64,000 nt of DNA, from the NCBI RefSeq assembly GCF_006345805.1, contig NC_042999.1, forward strand, positions 123,132,001-123,196,000. Direction: 5' to 3'. Positions 1 to 12,019 of this stretch are shown here, in pieces (the stretch's first letter is position 1; each line of letters starts with the position of its first letter). The translations under genes were made by a program, and so were the position numbers. The stretch is from Octopus sinensis (lineage: Eukaryota). Under the pieces are notes generated by a model. It was not told the origin of the DNA. It saw only the letters and a program-made list of their open reading frames with translations, and made no database searches.

Positions 1-3000
1 AAATAGTCTTGGCCTTAATTCCCCTGTTGTATTTTTTAAATTTTAATATACTTATCTTTCTTTTGATATGTTTGGATCACATCACTTGTGATATAATTTA
101 ATCTCAATGTCTTAATTTGCATGCTGTAGAGACTGTGTCATTAAAAGAAAAACATTCTTATAGTCCTTGTTTTATTTACATATAATATATGATATACCCA
201 TGCAGGAATCAGATACCATTCCTACTTCATGGTTAATGGACAGTAACGGAATAAAGGCATTGATCTGTAACATTATTGGCCTCTATACGTATGCAAAAAT
301 ATCATAAATCATTACAGCCATGCTAGATCTTCAAAACAGATTTAAACTTAAAATTTTCATTCATAAGCCTCACAATCTCACATTCTCATTTTATTATAGA
401 ACTTGTATTGAGGCTTCTGCTGAAAATTTCTTTGGCTTCTCTTTTGATTTTCAACAAAGATATGCCTGATCAAGTCTGGAAGTAAACTGTATTTCTTTTA
501 GAGAGCAGAGTATCATTGACTTGAAGCAAATACTTTCATTATTAGTAGTATTATTAGCAGTTCATATGAGCTATCATAAGGAACTGAGAACAGGTTACTC
601 TTAAGAAATAATGAACTTTTTGAAAGAGGGTATAGTTAACTAGCTTTAGAAGATATCATCATCTTCTTTGAGATTGACATCATGCTCTCCCACTTCATCA
701 TCACCGTCATCATCCCACTGCCTTCCTCATCATCAATCATCATTTCCAATTCCCCTTTCATCGCCATTGTTGTCATTTTCACCACCATCATTACCATCCA
801 TCATCATTATGAAAATTCATTTCTGACATGTTTACAGATGCATATTAACATCCTGATTTTCATGGTCATGGAAATTGGATAAGATTACATAGTTTAGCGT
901 CTATAAGTGAAGGCAGAAGAGAGGTTTCTTGCAGAGAAACTGCAGGAGCTGTTCCTATCTCAGCAAGCTATAGTTTAACAAAATACACAGCTAACTTCTG
1001 ATGTTGGCAGTATGAAATTCAGTTGCAGCTGCAGAAAATTGTCAAAATCCCTGGAAGAGATCCAATGGAAATCTGGCTGCTTTATTTTCTATAGCTAGCG
1101 ATACAAAGACCACCTTACAGAAATACCTGGGGTTCAAACTAAAGGAAGACAGCATGTCGTGTTATGCTTAAAAATTGCACAAACATGCCCAAAAGAAAGT
1201 TTACTTAATAGAATTTTCTGAAGAGTGAAACTCATTAACCTGAAATTTCAGCGTTTCTTTGGCTGCATATTTAATTACGAGAATTTCTCAGTAGCAGTAA
1301 CTAATCTTTGACATTGTAGCTGACATTAGAAAATTTTCTGATGAGCTGAAAGATCATAATTTGATTAAAACTGGTTCCCTCTAAATGACCTTTTTATTCA
1401 TTTATTTTCCTCTTTCTTTTTGTTTTTATCATATTAAAATACATTTTTCTGCCTCCCTCCTCTTACTGATTATTTCCAATTACTTTAGTTATTTTTGCAA
1501 AGATATTTACATACCTTGAGATTACTATCTATCAGACAAATCATAAGTGTATGAAGTTTCTTTTATAGATATTTGTTAAACTTAGAAGAGTTGTGGAGTG
1601 AAAATTGGGTATGTTTAGCATATTTATCATTAATTTGCATTGAAAAGAATCTTGTATATGAAGGTATTGTGAAGGGATGCAATTCTGAGAGGCAAAGTAT
1701 GTAGAAAATGTTGAGTGTAAGATTTGAGGGATAAGGTATAATGCCTTAAACTTTGTTAAAAACATACCTCTCACTTAAAATACTTATATCATGTAAAGGC
1801 ACAAATAAGAGTATATGAGTGACTTTTATATTGGATTCAGATTGCAAAACAAGCCATAAGCTCAGAAGAGATACTACTGTTATTTATGTTAGAAATAATA
1901 AAAATAGAATACAACTTTATGTAGACCTAAATATTATTGAGTCTAAGTGATTGGTGATTTGTTTATCATCCAATAAATGTAGTCAATGTATGTGTGTGGT
2001 GGAACAAATTATAGTTCTCTTTCCAAAAGTGACTAAATATTTTGACTTTGAATAAAAAATCTTGGCTTTTGTAATAGTTTGAAGCATATTAAGATGAACA
2101 GACAAACAAAACTACACCATCAGAGGTAGTTAGCATTCTCAGATTATGTAGTTGTGCACTGTATGTTGGCTACATTTGTTAACTTATATGAAGCACAATG
2201 TCTGTAAATTTAAGGGCTCAAATATCAATGCAGCCATTATGATGAGCCAATGACTAAATTACAATATTGCTTACTCCAAGTTCATCTGCTTCTAAAAACA
2301 TTTTCTCTTCCCCCATTACATTTCCCTAAAGATGTATGTACATTTTAAGGCAAACAGCATAAACATATTTAAATAGAATATTAATTATCTGAATGAAAAC
2401 CTAAATTATCTATTAATATTTATCTTGTCCTGTATGTGCATGTGTGTGTGTAAATGAAAGCAAAACCAAACTAGTAGAATGGAATATGGTAAAGTACTTT
2501 ATCTGTTCCTCTTCAATTTTCAGCCTGAATATGAATAACCAAAATAAAAACTGTATGTAATGCTTTAAGGTGTCTGAACACCACTATCTTAATGTAAAAA
2601 TAATGAAGTATGTTTCAGATGTATAAACTGTTGTTTGTCTATTTTAACTAGTTAGCATGAGTGGAAGGTTTGTTTCTTTTCTTCATTTTTTTTCCTCCAA
2701 TGGAGAAGTTGTTTTCACTGTTGGATTTTTTTCCTACTATTAAGTTCTCAACTGTTTTCAGTTAGGTACAGTGAAGAAGTATAAGCTTTGAAATCATTAG
2801 TGCATCTAAGCCCTCAACTTCATTCTCATTATGCCTATTGCAAATGCACTCACACATGTGTGTGCATATATGTATGCATGCACATTTGCACACACCACCA
2901 CCATGTATGTCAAATATTAAAATGACTGTATGTATAAAACATCTACAGAATTTCCCTTCAAAATCTAAGTTTTGAACTATACATACTGTATAAGACGAGC

Positions 3001-3067
3001 TGATAAAATTTCACAACAGTAGGTTACAAGTTGGTTCTGCCTATGGAAATTTTTCACAATGGATTTC

Positions 3068-3290
3068 ATACTATTGCTTTCAAATTTTGGCACAAGGTCA
3101 GCAATTTCATGGGAGGAGATAAGTTGATTACATCACCTCCAGCACTTGACTGGTACTTATTTTAATGAGTCTATATGGATGAAAGGCAAAGTTGACCTCA
3201 GTGGAATTTGAACTCAGAACATAAAGACAGACGGAATGCCACTTAGCATTTTGCCCAGTGAGCTAGTGATTCTGTCAACTTGCTGCTTTA
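3068..3290 (-). mobile_element. tRNA-derived SINE, family A (~220 bp)
   Basis: Reverse complement matches the copies at 36703, 42790 and 61131 (ttctgagttcaaattcc B-box-like head; gactttgcctttcatcc; aagtaccagt). Confidence 0.8.
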
Positions 3291-3699
3291 GGTAACTATA
3301 CTTATTAAATACAACTTCCCAATCATATCTATAAGTTTCAGAAAAATACTGAGTGACAAGACTGTAGTAAATATGGAATGTTGTAGTTTAAATTTCATAT
3401 TTAGTGTTTAAAATAATTTCTGATTTTGGAATTTTTTCTTTTTTTTTTTAAGGTTCAAATTTTGTGCTAAAACCTAAGCATATGGTACATATATGCACAA
3501 TAATGGCTCTAAAGTTAACAATGCATTACTTAAAATCACAGCATCTGCTGTCAGTTTGTTGATCCTTTTCAAAAGATGACTATTCAGCTGATTGTAAAAA
3601 ACTCATTCACCACTGATGTATGTTATATCTTATTTCTGCCATTTTTGCCACATTTATTATAACAGCTTCTGTTTTTCTGAACTACCAAGCTGCTCTCTG

Positions 3700-4400
3700 A
3701 CCCTTATGCTTTTGAAGCAACCACTTGCTTTTCTTATTTGGTCACCTAGGTAACAGAATGTATCAACCACTCCTATAGAACATTGTTAGCAGCCAAAAGA
3801 ATTGATTTCATGGCCGCTCTTACTAACTATTGTTGTATATCTACAAGTAAAATCTTCCTTCTCTTTCAGCTTGCTTCTGATCCCTCTATATCTTGTGCAG
3901 CCATTGTTTACATTACATGCTCCGTATGGAATTCTTATCTACTCCTTTCCCCGATGGCTGTAGAGTCCTAATTTCTTCTTTTTAACTAAAACTTTTCTAT
4001 TTTGTAGATTTATTTCTAGGCTTTTCAATTCTAGGTTTTACCTCCACTTTTCAAATTTCTTCTCTAAATCTTTGACAGATGCATCTATGATTACTAGATC
4101 ATTAACATACAGAAGTTCCCTTGGATACTCAGCTTCAAATTTCATTGCTATGATCTGGAAAGCTATTATAAAACTAGTGGTGGTGGTGGTGGTGGGTGCT
4201 AAGAAGTAAGACCTGACTAAATTCATCTTTGAACTCATGACCAGGTTTCACCTTGCTGATCTCTTAACATGGCTTGCACTCTTCTCACAAGTTTTTCATC
4301 TACATCTAGTTTCTGTAATGACCACTAGACCACAGTGCATGACAGCCTGTCAAAGGCCTCATCCAGATAAGTGAGTACTAGGTTTAGTGACTTGACTTTA
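3700..4400 (-). pseudogene. Decayed RTE LINE RT fragment
   Basis: Minus strand reads DEAFDRL..WSLQKLDVDEKLVRRVQAM and EYPRELLYVNDLVIIDASVKDLEKKFEKW, collinear with the RTE at 47102-50268 (EKAFDRVP..., CPWELLYADDL...). Confidence 0.8.
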
Positions 4401-5236
4401 GCTAAGAACTTACTTCATTGCTGTCTCTCTCCCTAATCAGTTATGCTGTAACTATGTTACTTTCATATTTTAGCCTAGAAGTTTGGTGCCTCTGTATTTG
4501 CTTCTTTCTAGAGCATCCCTTCAGTTTTATATTTATTGATGCTGATATTGCGACTTAAGTTATTGTTTATGACACCTCCATGCAATAAACATTTGTCTTG
4601 CTTAAAAGATTCATTACTTGTAGACCTCCTATTTTTGTGTAGGCCAGTTGCAAACTCTCTTCATTATACATCACACTACACTTTACGTGTGTCTTTGCAC
4701 AAATGTGTGTGAGTGTTTTAGGCAGTGCTACATTTTCTAACAAAGTATAACATTTTTCGGGTATTAAAAACACTTTCTCCAGTATTAAATACTAAGTGTC
4801 ATATCCTTTGTGACACTTCATGGTGTTCATTAAAGATTATTTATAATTTGTATTCCCTCATGTTATATTAGCATCAATAACTATGGTCTCTCCAATGATA
4901 TTACTTGGTTATATAAAGGTGTAACTATCAGTACTCAGAGCAGCTTCAGACCTTGCCAATGGAAGAGTTGAGTATAGTTTGCACATGAATTGAACTCCCA
5001 CAGATTTTCTTAAGAGTTACTTCTATTTACAGCAACAGGGTGTACAGTTCTGTAGAACCCTGTTATAGCTCAGATAGACTGAGCCATAATGAGCTAAGCA
5101 GCTTGACTGTAGCCTCTTCTTTATTTAGAGTATTTTTTCAAAAGGATTTCAGATGGCATATTGCATTAACAAATCGACTGATTACATACACTCATGACAT
5201 GGTTGCACACACCCACATACATCTGTATCTGTGTGT

Positions 5237-5562
5237 AAGGTGCATGGCTCAGTGGTTAGAGCATTGGGCTCACAATCATGAGGTAGTGATTTCAGTTCCC
5301 AGACCAGGTTGTCTTGAGCCAGATACTTTATTTGATGATGCTCCAGTTCACTCAGCTGGGAAAATATGTTGCGACATCACTGGTGCCAAGCTGTATCAGC
5401 CTTTGCCTTGGACAACATCAGTGGCATGGGGAAAGAAGACTGGTATGCATAAGAGACTGCTAGTCTTCCACAAGAACAACTTGACATGACTTGTGCCTCA
5501 GAGGAGAACTTTCTGGATGCAATCCCATGGTCATTCATGACTGAAGGGGTTGTTTACCCTTT
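5237..5562 (+). mobile_element. tRNA-derived SINE, family C (CORE-like central domain)
   Basis: Head tggctcagtggttagagcattgg...ttcagttccc, then gtcttgagccagatactttattt...ccagttcactcagctg. Related heads at 60215-60540. Confidence 0.75.
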
Positions 5563-5651
5563 ACACACACACACACCTCTAAAATGAACAAGGGCACTAA
5601 TCAGTACTAGTATTGCTAGAAATAAAAGTCAAAACAACTCAGTAGCCAGCA

Positions 5652-5690
<39 letters not shown>

Positions 5691-5691
5691 A

Positions 5692-5830
5692 CATGGTTTC
5701 GGGTTTAGTCCCACTGCGTGGCACTTTGGGTAGGTGTCTTCCGCTATAGCCCCGAGCCAACCGGAGCTTTGTGATTGAATTCGGTAGGCGGGAGTTACTG
5801 CCATGTGTGTATGTGTGCGTATAGCTACTC
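5692..5830 (+). mobile_element. SINE family B fragment
   Basis: gggtttagtcccactgcgtggcactttgggtaggtgtcttccgctatagcc matches the fuller copy at 10215-10593. Confidence 0.75.
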
Positions 5831-6183
5831 AGTGCCTCTCTGAAAGAGAGAGAGGGATATATATATTTATTTATCATCATCATCATCACCGTTTAACGTC
5901 CACCTTCCATGTTGGGATGGGTGGGACATGCACAAATGTGTGTCCGTGTGTTTGTATAGATATATGTGTTTGTATCGATAGTATTTAGAGCATAAACCAG
6001 TGGAGCAGAATATATTTTCCCACAGGTTGTGTGCAAGTGTATTTGTATAAAGGAAAAGCTTCATGTGAAGCTGCAACAATGGTCTTAAAGTACAAATTGT
6101 TTAATAAGTCAAATTCATATGAACTAAAATTTGTTATAGATGTGCAGCTTTTCTTTCCTTATATCTTATGTTTGTTGTTTCAG

Positions 6184-6252
6184 ATCCAAGAGGCTGTGAA
6201 CAACGAAAACCTCAAATCAAGCATCATGCTATCATTAAATATCTTACATTAG
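6184..6252 (+). CDS. Candidate 69-nt internal exon of an unidentified gene (phase 1-1: DPRGCEQRKPQIKHHAIIKYLTL)
   Basis: Long pyrimidine tract plus tttcag| acceptor; tag|gtgaat donor; symmetric length. No homology recognised. Confidence 0.35.
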   Translation: MQEAVNNENLKSSIMLSLNILH

Positions 6253-6879
6253 GTGAATAATAAGAAATACATGCTTTAAGAGACTTATCATACGACACTT
6301 TGCTAAGGAATGTAAGGCAGTCATTTATTAAAATTTGTCAAAGTATGTTGAAAAGATTCTGGCACTAATCCTGATGTTAATAAAGGCAAACTCTGTGCAA
6401 TTTCTGTTTCCCATTTTGAAATGATAACTATGAAAAATATTGTGATGAAAGTTTCTAGCCACTTAAATAATAGTGGTAATAATAACAAATCAAGGTGATT
6501 ATTTGGGTGGAGCTGCAAAGCCTTTTGGAGATTTTAATTGAACAATCAAAATCAGTCATTTACACTGTATTTATATGTATATTTCTACTCAGTTTTACAT
6601 CATTTTGAAAACAAACATATGTTGTAGTATGTTCGTTTATTGAGTATTTGTGAATAGCAGAACGAGGCAATCAGTCTCAGACTGCTATGCTAATTTCACA
6701 TTTTTTGCAAGGAATGCCATGAATGTTAGTATCAGTGTGTTGATGGATTTTTTTTTTGTTAGATAAACATATATAAAGGTATCTCTTTCAGAGATGCAAC
6801 ACGCTGCTCTGGTTTATACCAGGTGTGTCATCTTTGTAACAATGCTAATTATTCTGTTGAGCATTTGAAGTGAACACAC

Positions 6880-7025
6880 AATACAGTTCTATATTTAAGA
6901 GATGAGGAATTATTTACATTATTTACATTCAACGGATATTTGTCCTCATCTTGTTTGTTGTTCAAATCAGAATCAGTTAACAACAAACAAGACAAGGACA
7001 AATATCTGTCGAATGTAAATAATGA
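6880..7025. repeat. Hairpin made of two inverted tail fragments of the SINE family at 9579-10180
   Basis: 46-bp arms (cattatttacattc..ttgtttgttgtt / aacaacaaacaag..gtaaataatg) with 4 mismatches and a 16-nt loop. Confidence 0.8.
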
Positions 7026-7075
7026 ACACACAATGTAGTAAACTCATTTCAGAAATTCAACTCAATTTGGATGTG

Positions 7076-8156
7076 GCAAATGAATTGTAAACAAAGACAC
7101 ATAAATCCGCTCATAAGACTTTGGTGACCCACGGCCATAGGAGAAAAGATACAAGATGCTGAAGAGTGGATCTGGTTCTGAAATCACACAGTTGGGATGT
7201 AAACTTCTTATATGTGCAAGTACATTTCAGAGGAATATGTCTTCTTACAGCGTCTCATTTTCAACGTCAGTGTGTGTGTGATCCAGCCTTGGATTGCTTG
7301 AACAATATTATTGACTGACTACTCAGCTATTGGAAGAGTGGTACTGTTTCTCATTTGTGCTAAGTTACAGGAATGTAGACACACCAACACCATTTGTCAA
7401 GCAGTGGTAGGGAACAAAGACACACACACATATACACACACACACACTCAAAACTACATTGGTCACCAGCAATAGATCATATATATAACTGCATGATAAA
7501 TGTAGACTGATGTTACTGTATGAATTTTTAAACTATGTTTGACTAGATATATCAGGAAGAATTAATGTTACAAATGAGGGAAATCTAGGATGAAACTAAG
7601 TGCTATATGTCACCAAATTTAACAAACTTTAACAATAAGAAATAGTGTAGATATATGTATGTGTACATCAGTTACTGTTTCCTTACCTTGACTTTGTGTG
7701 ACAGTTGTAAATGAATGTCATCATTCAAGAAGGCTGTGTCTTTCAATTCCCATCTTCTTTGAAAACATGTCCAGTTATCAGGAATGTTACTTTACATGAC
7801 AACTGTTGAGGGTCGGTGGCATGAATGGCAGTCAGCTGTAGGAAAAAGTCCAGCTCAACAAATTTCATTCAACCCATGCAAGCACGAAACAGTGAACATT
7901 AAATGGCACCGATGATCATAATGATGATAAACTCTCTCTCTCATATACACACACATACACACCCAGACATTGAAAATGAGACATCGGAAGAGGATATAGT
8001 CCTCTGAAATGTACTTGCACGTATAAAAAGTTTACATCCCAACTGTGTGATTTCAGATCCAGATCCACTCTTCAGCTTCTTGTATCTTTTCTCCTATGGC
8101 CATGGGTCACCAAAGTCCTGTGAGTGGATTTATGTGTCTTTACAATTCATTTGCTT
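7076..8156. repeat. ~200-bp inverted repeat pair (7076-7279 / 7945-8156)
   Basis: Arms align as reverse complements at roughly 90% by eye, e.g. ccataggagaaaagatacaag vs cttgtatcttttctcctatgg. Confidence 0.85.
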
Positions 8157-8385
8157 CTAAGAGAACATTGTAATGTACAGGTAGTGTTGGCAGTTTTCCT
8201 GTTAACAAGTCAACTGCTTGTCTTGTGCCTTTGGAGATGCATTAGATAAAAGCTCCATGATTTGAAAATCAGGTGAGGGTTAGTAATGGGAAGTGCATCT
8301 ATCTGTAAAACAATGTCACAATAACATATTTGTCTAACACATACCAGAATAGAAAAATAAATGTGCATATGAATGTATCTGTTTA

Positions 8386-8419
<34 letters not shown>

Positions 8420-8699
8420 GATATAGATATATATATATATATATATATAGATAGATAGATATAGATCGATAGATAATTTGATGATAATGGATTCATAGTG
8501 CTGTGAACAGCTATTTATATGTTCATCATTGAGTTGTGTTACATGCTGTGTGAAAATATTGGGTTTGATATTAGATGATTTCTTGCCATTTGTATTGGTT
8601 ATTCATCAGTGATTGTCACTTGTACACAATGATGCTATATTCCTTCACATTTTAATTAAGTGCCTCTTTGCACTGCTTGTATGTTTTCAATTAGTAAGG

Positions 8700-8970
8700 A
8701 GTACATCAGCTCTGCAGGCAACCAATGATCCAGTATTCACAGCATGGCCAACCTTTTAAACATGATCTCAAGTAGTAATACTTTCAGCATAAAAATACAG
8801 TGTTCCTCGACCTTGCTGGCTCTTCATAACTATTTGGCATCAGCATATTTCCAGCTCGTGGAGATTTGGCCTATAAATTTTCCAGATTTCACTGCTGTAT
8901 GAAGAATGATACAACAATTGCCTTATCTATCTTCACATACAACATAAATGATCCAGCCTTGGATTGCTTG
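8700..8970 (-). pseudogene. Decayed RTE/BovB-like LINE C-terminal fragment
   Basis: Minus strand with frameshifts: KAIVVSF..YSSEIWKIYRPNLHELE and GHAVN..DHWLPAELMY, resembling RTE LLYGSETW...GHVVRM..RLPK.LLY. Confidence 0.6.
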
Positions 8971-9034
8971 AACAGTATCATTGATATTTGACTGACTACT
9001 CAGCTATTGGAAGAGTGGTACAGTTTCTCATTTG

Positions 9035-9290
9035 TGCTAAGTTACGGGAATGTAGACACACCAGCACCATTTGTCAAGCAGTGGTAGGGAACAAAGACAC
9101 ACACACACACACACATACACGCTCACACACACACACCTATATAATAGGCTTCTTTCAGTTTCCATTTACCAAATCAACACAAAAGGCTTCAGTTTGCCCA
9201 AGTCTGTAGTGGAAGACATTTACCCAAGTTGCCATGCAGACCGTGTTGTTGAGAAGCAAACTTACCACACTCCTAACCAGTATCCGCCTA
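9035..9290 (-). mobile_element. SINE family B
   Basis: Collinear with 10215-10593 (gacacaccagcacc..ttgtcaagcagtggt; ggcttctttcagtttcc; gaagacatttacccaag). Confidence 0.75.
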
Positions 9291-9508
9291 TATCTATGTA
9301 ACAAATATTTATAAGTGTGTGTGTGTATATATATTTATGCATGCATGTATATACATTTTTATACATGTATATCTATCTATCTATCTATCTATCTATATAT
9401 ATATATATATATGTATGTATATCATTTACATTATTTACATTTCATGGATATTTTATGCATGCATGTATATATATTTTTATACAAGTATCTCTCTCTCTAT
9501 CTCTCTAC

Positions 9509-9539
<31 letters not shown>

Positions 9540-9578
9540 GTACGTATGTATATATGTGTGTATGTATATGTACATCAT

Positions 9579-9872
9579 TTACATTATTTACATTTGATGG
9601 ATATTTGTTCTCATCTTGTTTCATGTTAACACAACATTTCGGCTGATGTACTCTCCAGCCTTCATAGGTATCCTGGGGTAATTTTGAACCTAGGTTTTCA
9701 TTCCTAAGGTATTTTTTCAAATATTATTATTATTATTGTTGTTGATATTATCATCATCATCATCATCATTATTATTATCATTATTATTATTATTCAGGTC
9801 ACTGCCTGGAATCGAAGTCAGATACTTGGGGTTAGTATCCCATGTTCTTAACTACCACACCATATGCCCATG
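9579..9872 (-). mobile_element. tRNA-headed SINE with degenerate hammerhead-like body (left copy of head-to-head pair)
   Basis: Minus strand: gtggtagttaagaac...gacttcgattcc head, (AAT)n, then gatac-ctatga-a-ggctg..cagcc-gaaat-gtt-gtgtt. Confidence 0.75.
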
Positions 9873-9897
9873 GATATATGGCATACTGGTTAGGAGT

Positions 9898-9970
9898 GCA
9901 GGTATATGACCTAGTGGTTAAGAACATGGGCTACTAACCCCAAGATTCTGAATTTGATTCCTGGCAGTGA

Positions 9971-10008
<38 letters not shown>

Positions 10009-10175
10009 TCAGAAACATACCTTAGGAAAGAGAACCCAGGTTCGAAATTCTCCCGGGACACCACATGAAGGCTGGAGAGTACATCAGCCAAAACTGTGTT
10101 AACAACAAACAAGATAAGGACAAATATCCCTCAAATGTAAATAATGTAATTCCTCATCTCTCAAATATAGAATTG

Positions 10176-10180
<5 letters not shown>
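9898..10180 (+). mobile_element. tRNA-headed SINE with degenerate hammerhead-like body (right copy)
   Basis: A-box tagtggttaag at 9912, B-box-like gaatttgattcc at 9950, (AAT)n, then gacac-cacatga-a-ggctg..cagcc-aaaac-t-gtgtt at 10057-10100. Confidence 0.75.
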
Positions 10181-10214
<34 letters not shown>

Positions 10215-10215
<1 letters not shown>

Positions 10216-10593
10216 TCTTTTACTCTTATACTTGTTTCAGTCATTTGACTGTGGCCATGCTGGAGTATCGCCTTTAGTCGAGCAAACTTATTCTTTGTAA
10301 GCCCAGTACTTATTCTATCGGTCTCTTTTGCCGAACCGCTAAGTGACGAGGACGTAAACACACCAGCATCGGTTGTCAAGCAATGCTAGGGGGAGAAACA
10401 CAGACACACACATACATATATATATATACATATATACGACAGGCTTCTTTCAGTTTCCGTCTACCAAATTCACTCACAAGGCATTGGTCGGCCCGGGGCT
10501 ATAGCAGAAGAGACTTGCCCAAGATGCCACGCAGTGGGACTGAACCCGGAACCCTGTGGTTGGTTAGCAAGCTACTTACCACACAGCCACTCC
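10215..10593 (-). mobile_element. tRNA-derived SINE family B (CORE-like; most complete copy)
   Basis: Minus strand head gtgtggtaagtagcttgct...ggttcagtcccactgcgtggcatcttgggcaagtctcttc, internal (TG/TA)n, tail ending gaaacaagtataagagtaaaagagta. Confidence 0.85.
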
Positions 10594-11014
10594 ATACATA
10601 TGTATGTATATATACATGATGTGCATATATATATACTTTGATAGGTTTCGGCCATTATTGGCCCAGGCCATGTCTAACTTAATAGCACCACCTGGTGTAG
10701 TCTTTCAATATATATATATATATTTATACTTTGAACAATTGAGGGTAAAATTAATTAATTATTAATCAATTTCACCAAGTATTCAGTATGTAAAGGGACC
10801 ATTATAGGCGAATTCAAAATATTACATTATATATAAGGGCTTAGTAAAATAAATTACTTTGCCACATACTGAACTCATTAGAAATAGCAGCTAAAGAAAA
10901 TTTCTTCAGCTATTTCTAATACTTAAAGAAGATCTCTCTCAGATAGTGTTTGCCTAAACTAACTCACAAAAGTATGGGGGAAAAAACATTAAAAAATCAA
11001 GTGCAAAGGTTATT

Positions 11015-11066
11015 TGAGAACGTACGTTTCTAGATTAGTCAATTCGACATTTCTTTCTTCAGCTCA
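11015..11066 (-). ncRNA. Minimal type I hammerhead ribozyme motif (inverted copy)
   Basis: Exact reverse complement of 11220-11271. Confidence 0.7.
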
Positions 11067-11219
11067 GAATTTCCTGGTGGAAAGGGGAGAGCAGAAATTC
11101 TTCGCTTGCATATTCGAATTTGATAGCACTTTTAGTTCGAGCAGAATTCTAGAGGTGATTAGAAGCCGAAAGGGTATGCTCCCGACTTTCAGTGTTCCCA
11201 AATCCGATTCAAGGAATTC

Positions 11220-11271
11220 TGAGCTGAAGAAAGAAATGTCGAATTGACTAATCTAGAAACGTACGTTCTCA
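11220..11271 (+). ncRNA. Minimal type I hammerhead ribozyme motif
   Basis: UGAG-CUGAAGA-[AAGAAAU GUC GAAUU GAC UAAUCUA]-GAAAC-GUAC-GUU^-CUCA. Core intact; stem I UGAG/CUCA in register; stem III is the palindrome AACGUACGUU. The first stem II pair is A.A. Confidence 0.72.
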
Positions 11272-11776
11272 AATAACCTTTGCACTTGATTTTTTAATGT
11301 TTTTTCCCCCATACTTTTGTGAGTTAGTTTAGGCAAACACTATCTGAGAGAGATCTTCTTTAAGTATTAGAAATAGCTGAAGAAATTTTCTTTAGCTGCT
11401 ATTTCTAATGAGTTCAGTATGTGGCAAAGTAATTTATTTTACTAAGCCCTTATATATAATGTAATATTTTGAATTCGCCTATAATGGTCCCTTTACATAC
11501 TGAATACTTGGTGAATTGATTAATAATTAATTAATTTTACCCTCAATTGTTGAAATTATAATTCATCTCTCTCTGCTAAATTCTGCGGTTTTCACCGTTA
11601 ATACATGGTGTTTGTCAATTTTAACCCACGCTGGTGGAAAGGGGAGAGCAGAAATTCTTCGCTTGCATATTCGAATTTGATAGCACTTTTAGTTCGAGCA
11701 GAATTCTAGAGGTGATTAGAAGCCGAAAGGGTATGCTCCCGACTTTCAGTGTTCCCAAATCCGATTCAAGGAATTC

Positions 11777-11828
11777 TGAGCTGAAGAAAGAAATGTCAAA
11801 TTGACTAATCTAGAAACGTACGTTCTCA
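11777..11828 (+). ncRNA. Minimal type I hammerhead ribozyme motif (second tandem copy)
   Basis: Identical to 11220-11271 except G>A in the stem II loop. Confidence 0.72.
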
Positions 11829-12019
11829 AATAACCTTTGCACTTGATTTTTTAATGTTTTTTCCCCCATACTTTTGTGAGTTAGTTTAGGCAAACACTAT
11901 CTGAGAGAGATCTTCTTTAAGTATTAGAAATAGCTGAAGAAATTTTCTTTAGCTGCTATTTCTAATGAGTTCAGTATGTGGCAAAGTAATTTATTTTACT
12001 AAGCCCTTATATATAATGT

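Noticed and set aside
1210-1375. Two similar motifs, ttttCTGAAGAgtGAAACtc (~1217) and ttttCTGATGAgctGAAAgatc (~1357), resembling hammerhead cores
   Set aside because: Only 2-3 nt lie between the core and GAAA, so stem II cannot form; too close for a C/D snoRNA; treated as chance.
11014-11247. 77-aa ORF spanning the inverted junction
   Set aside because: Crosses the inversion breakpoint; in the tandem copy the frame is preceded by a stop; no domain recognised.
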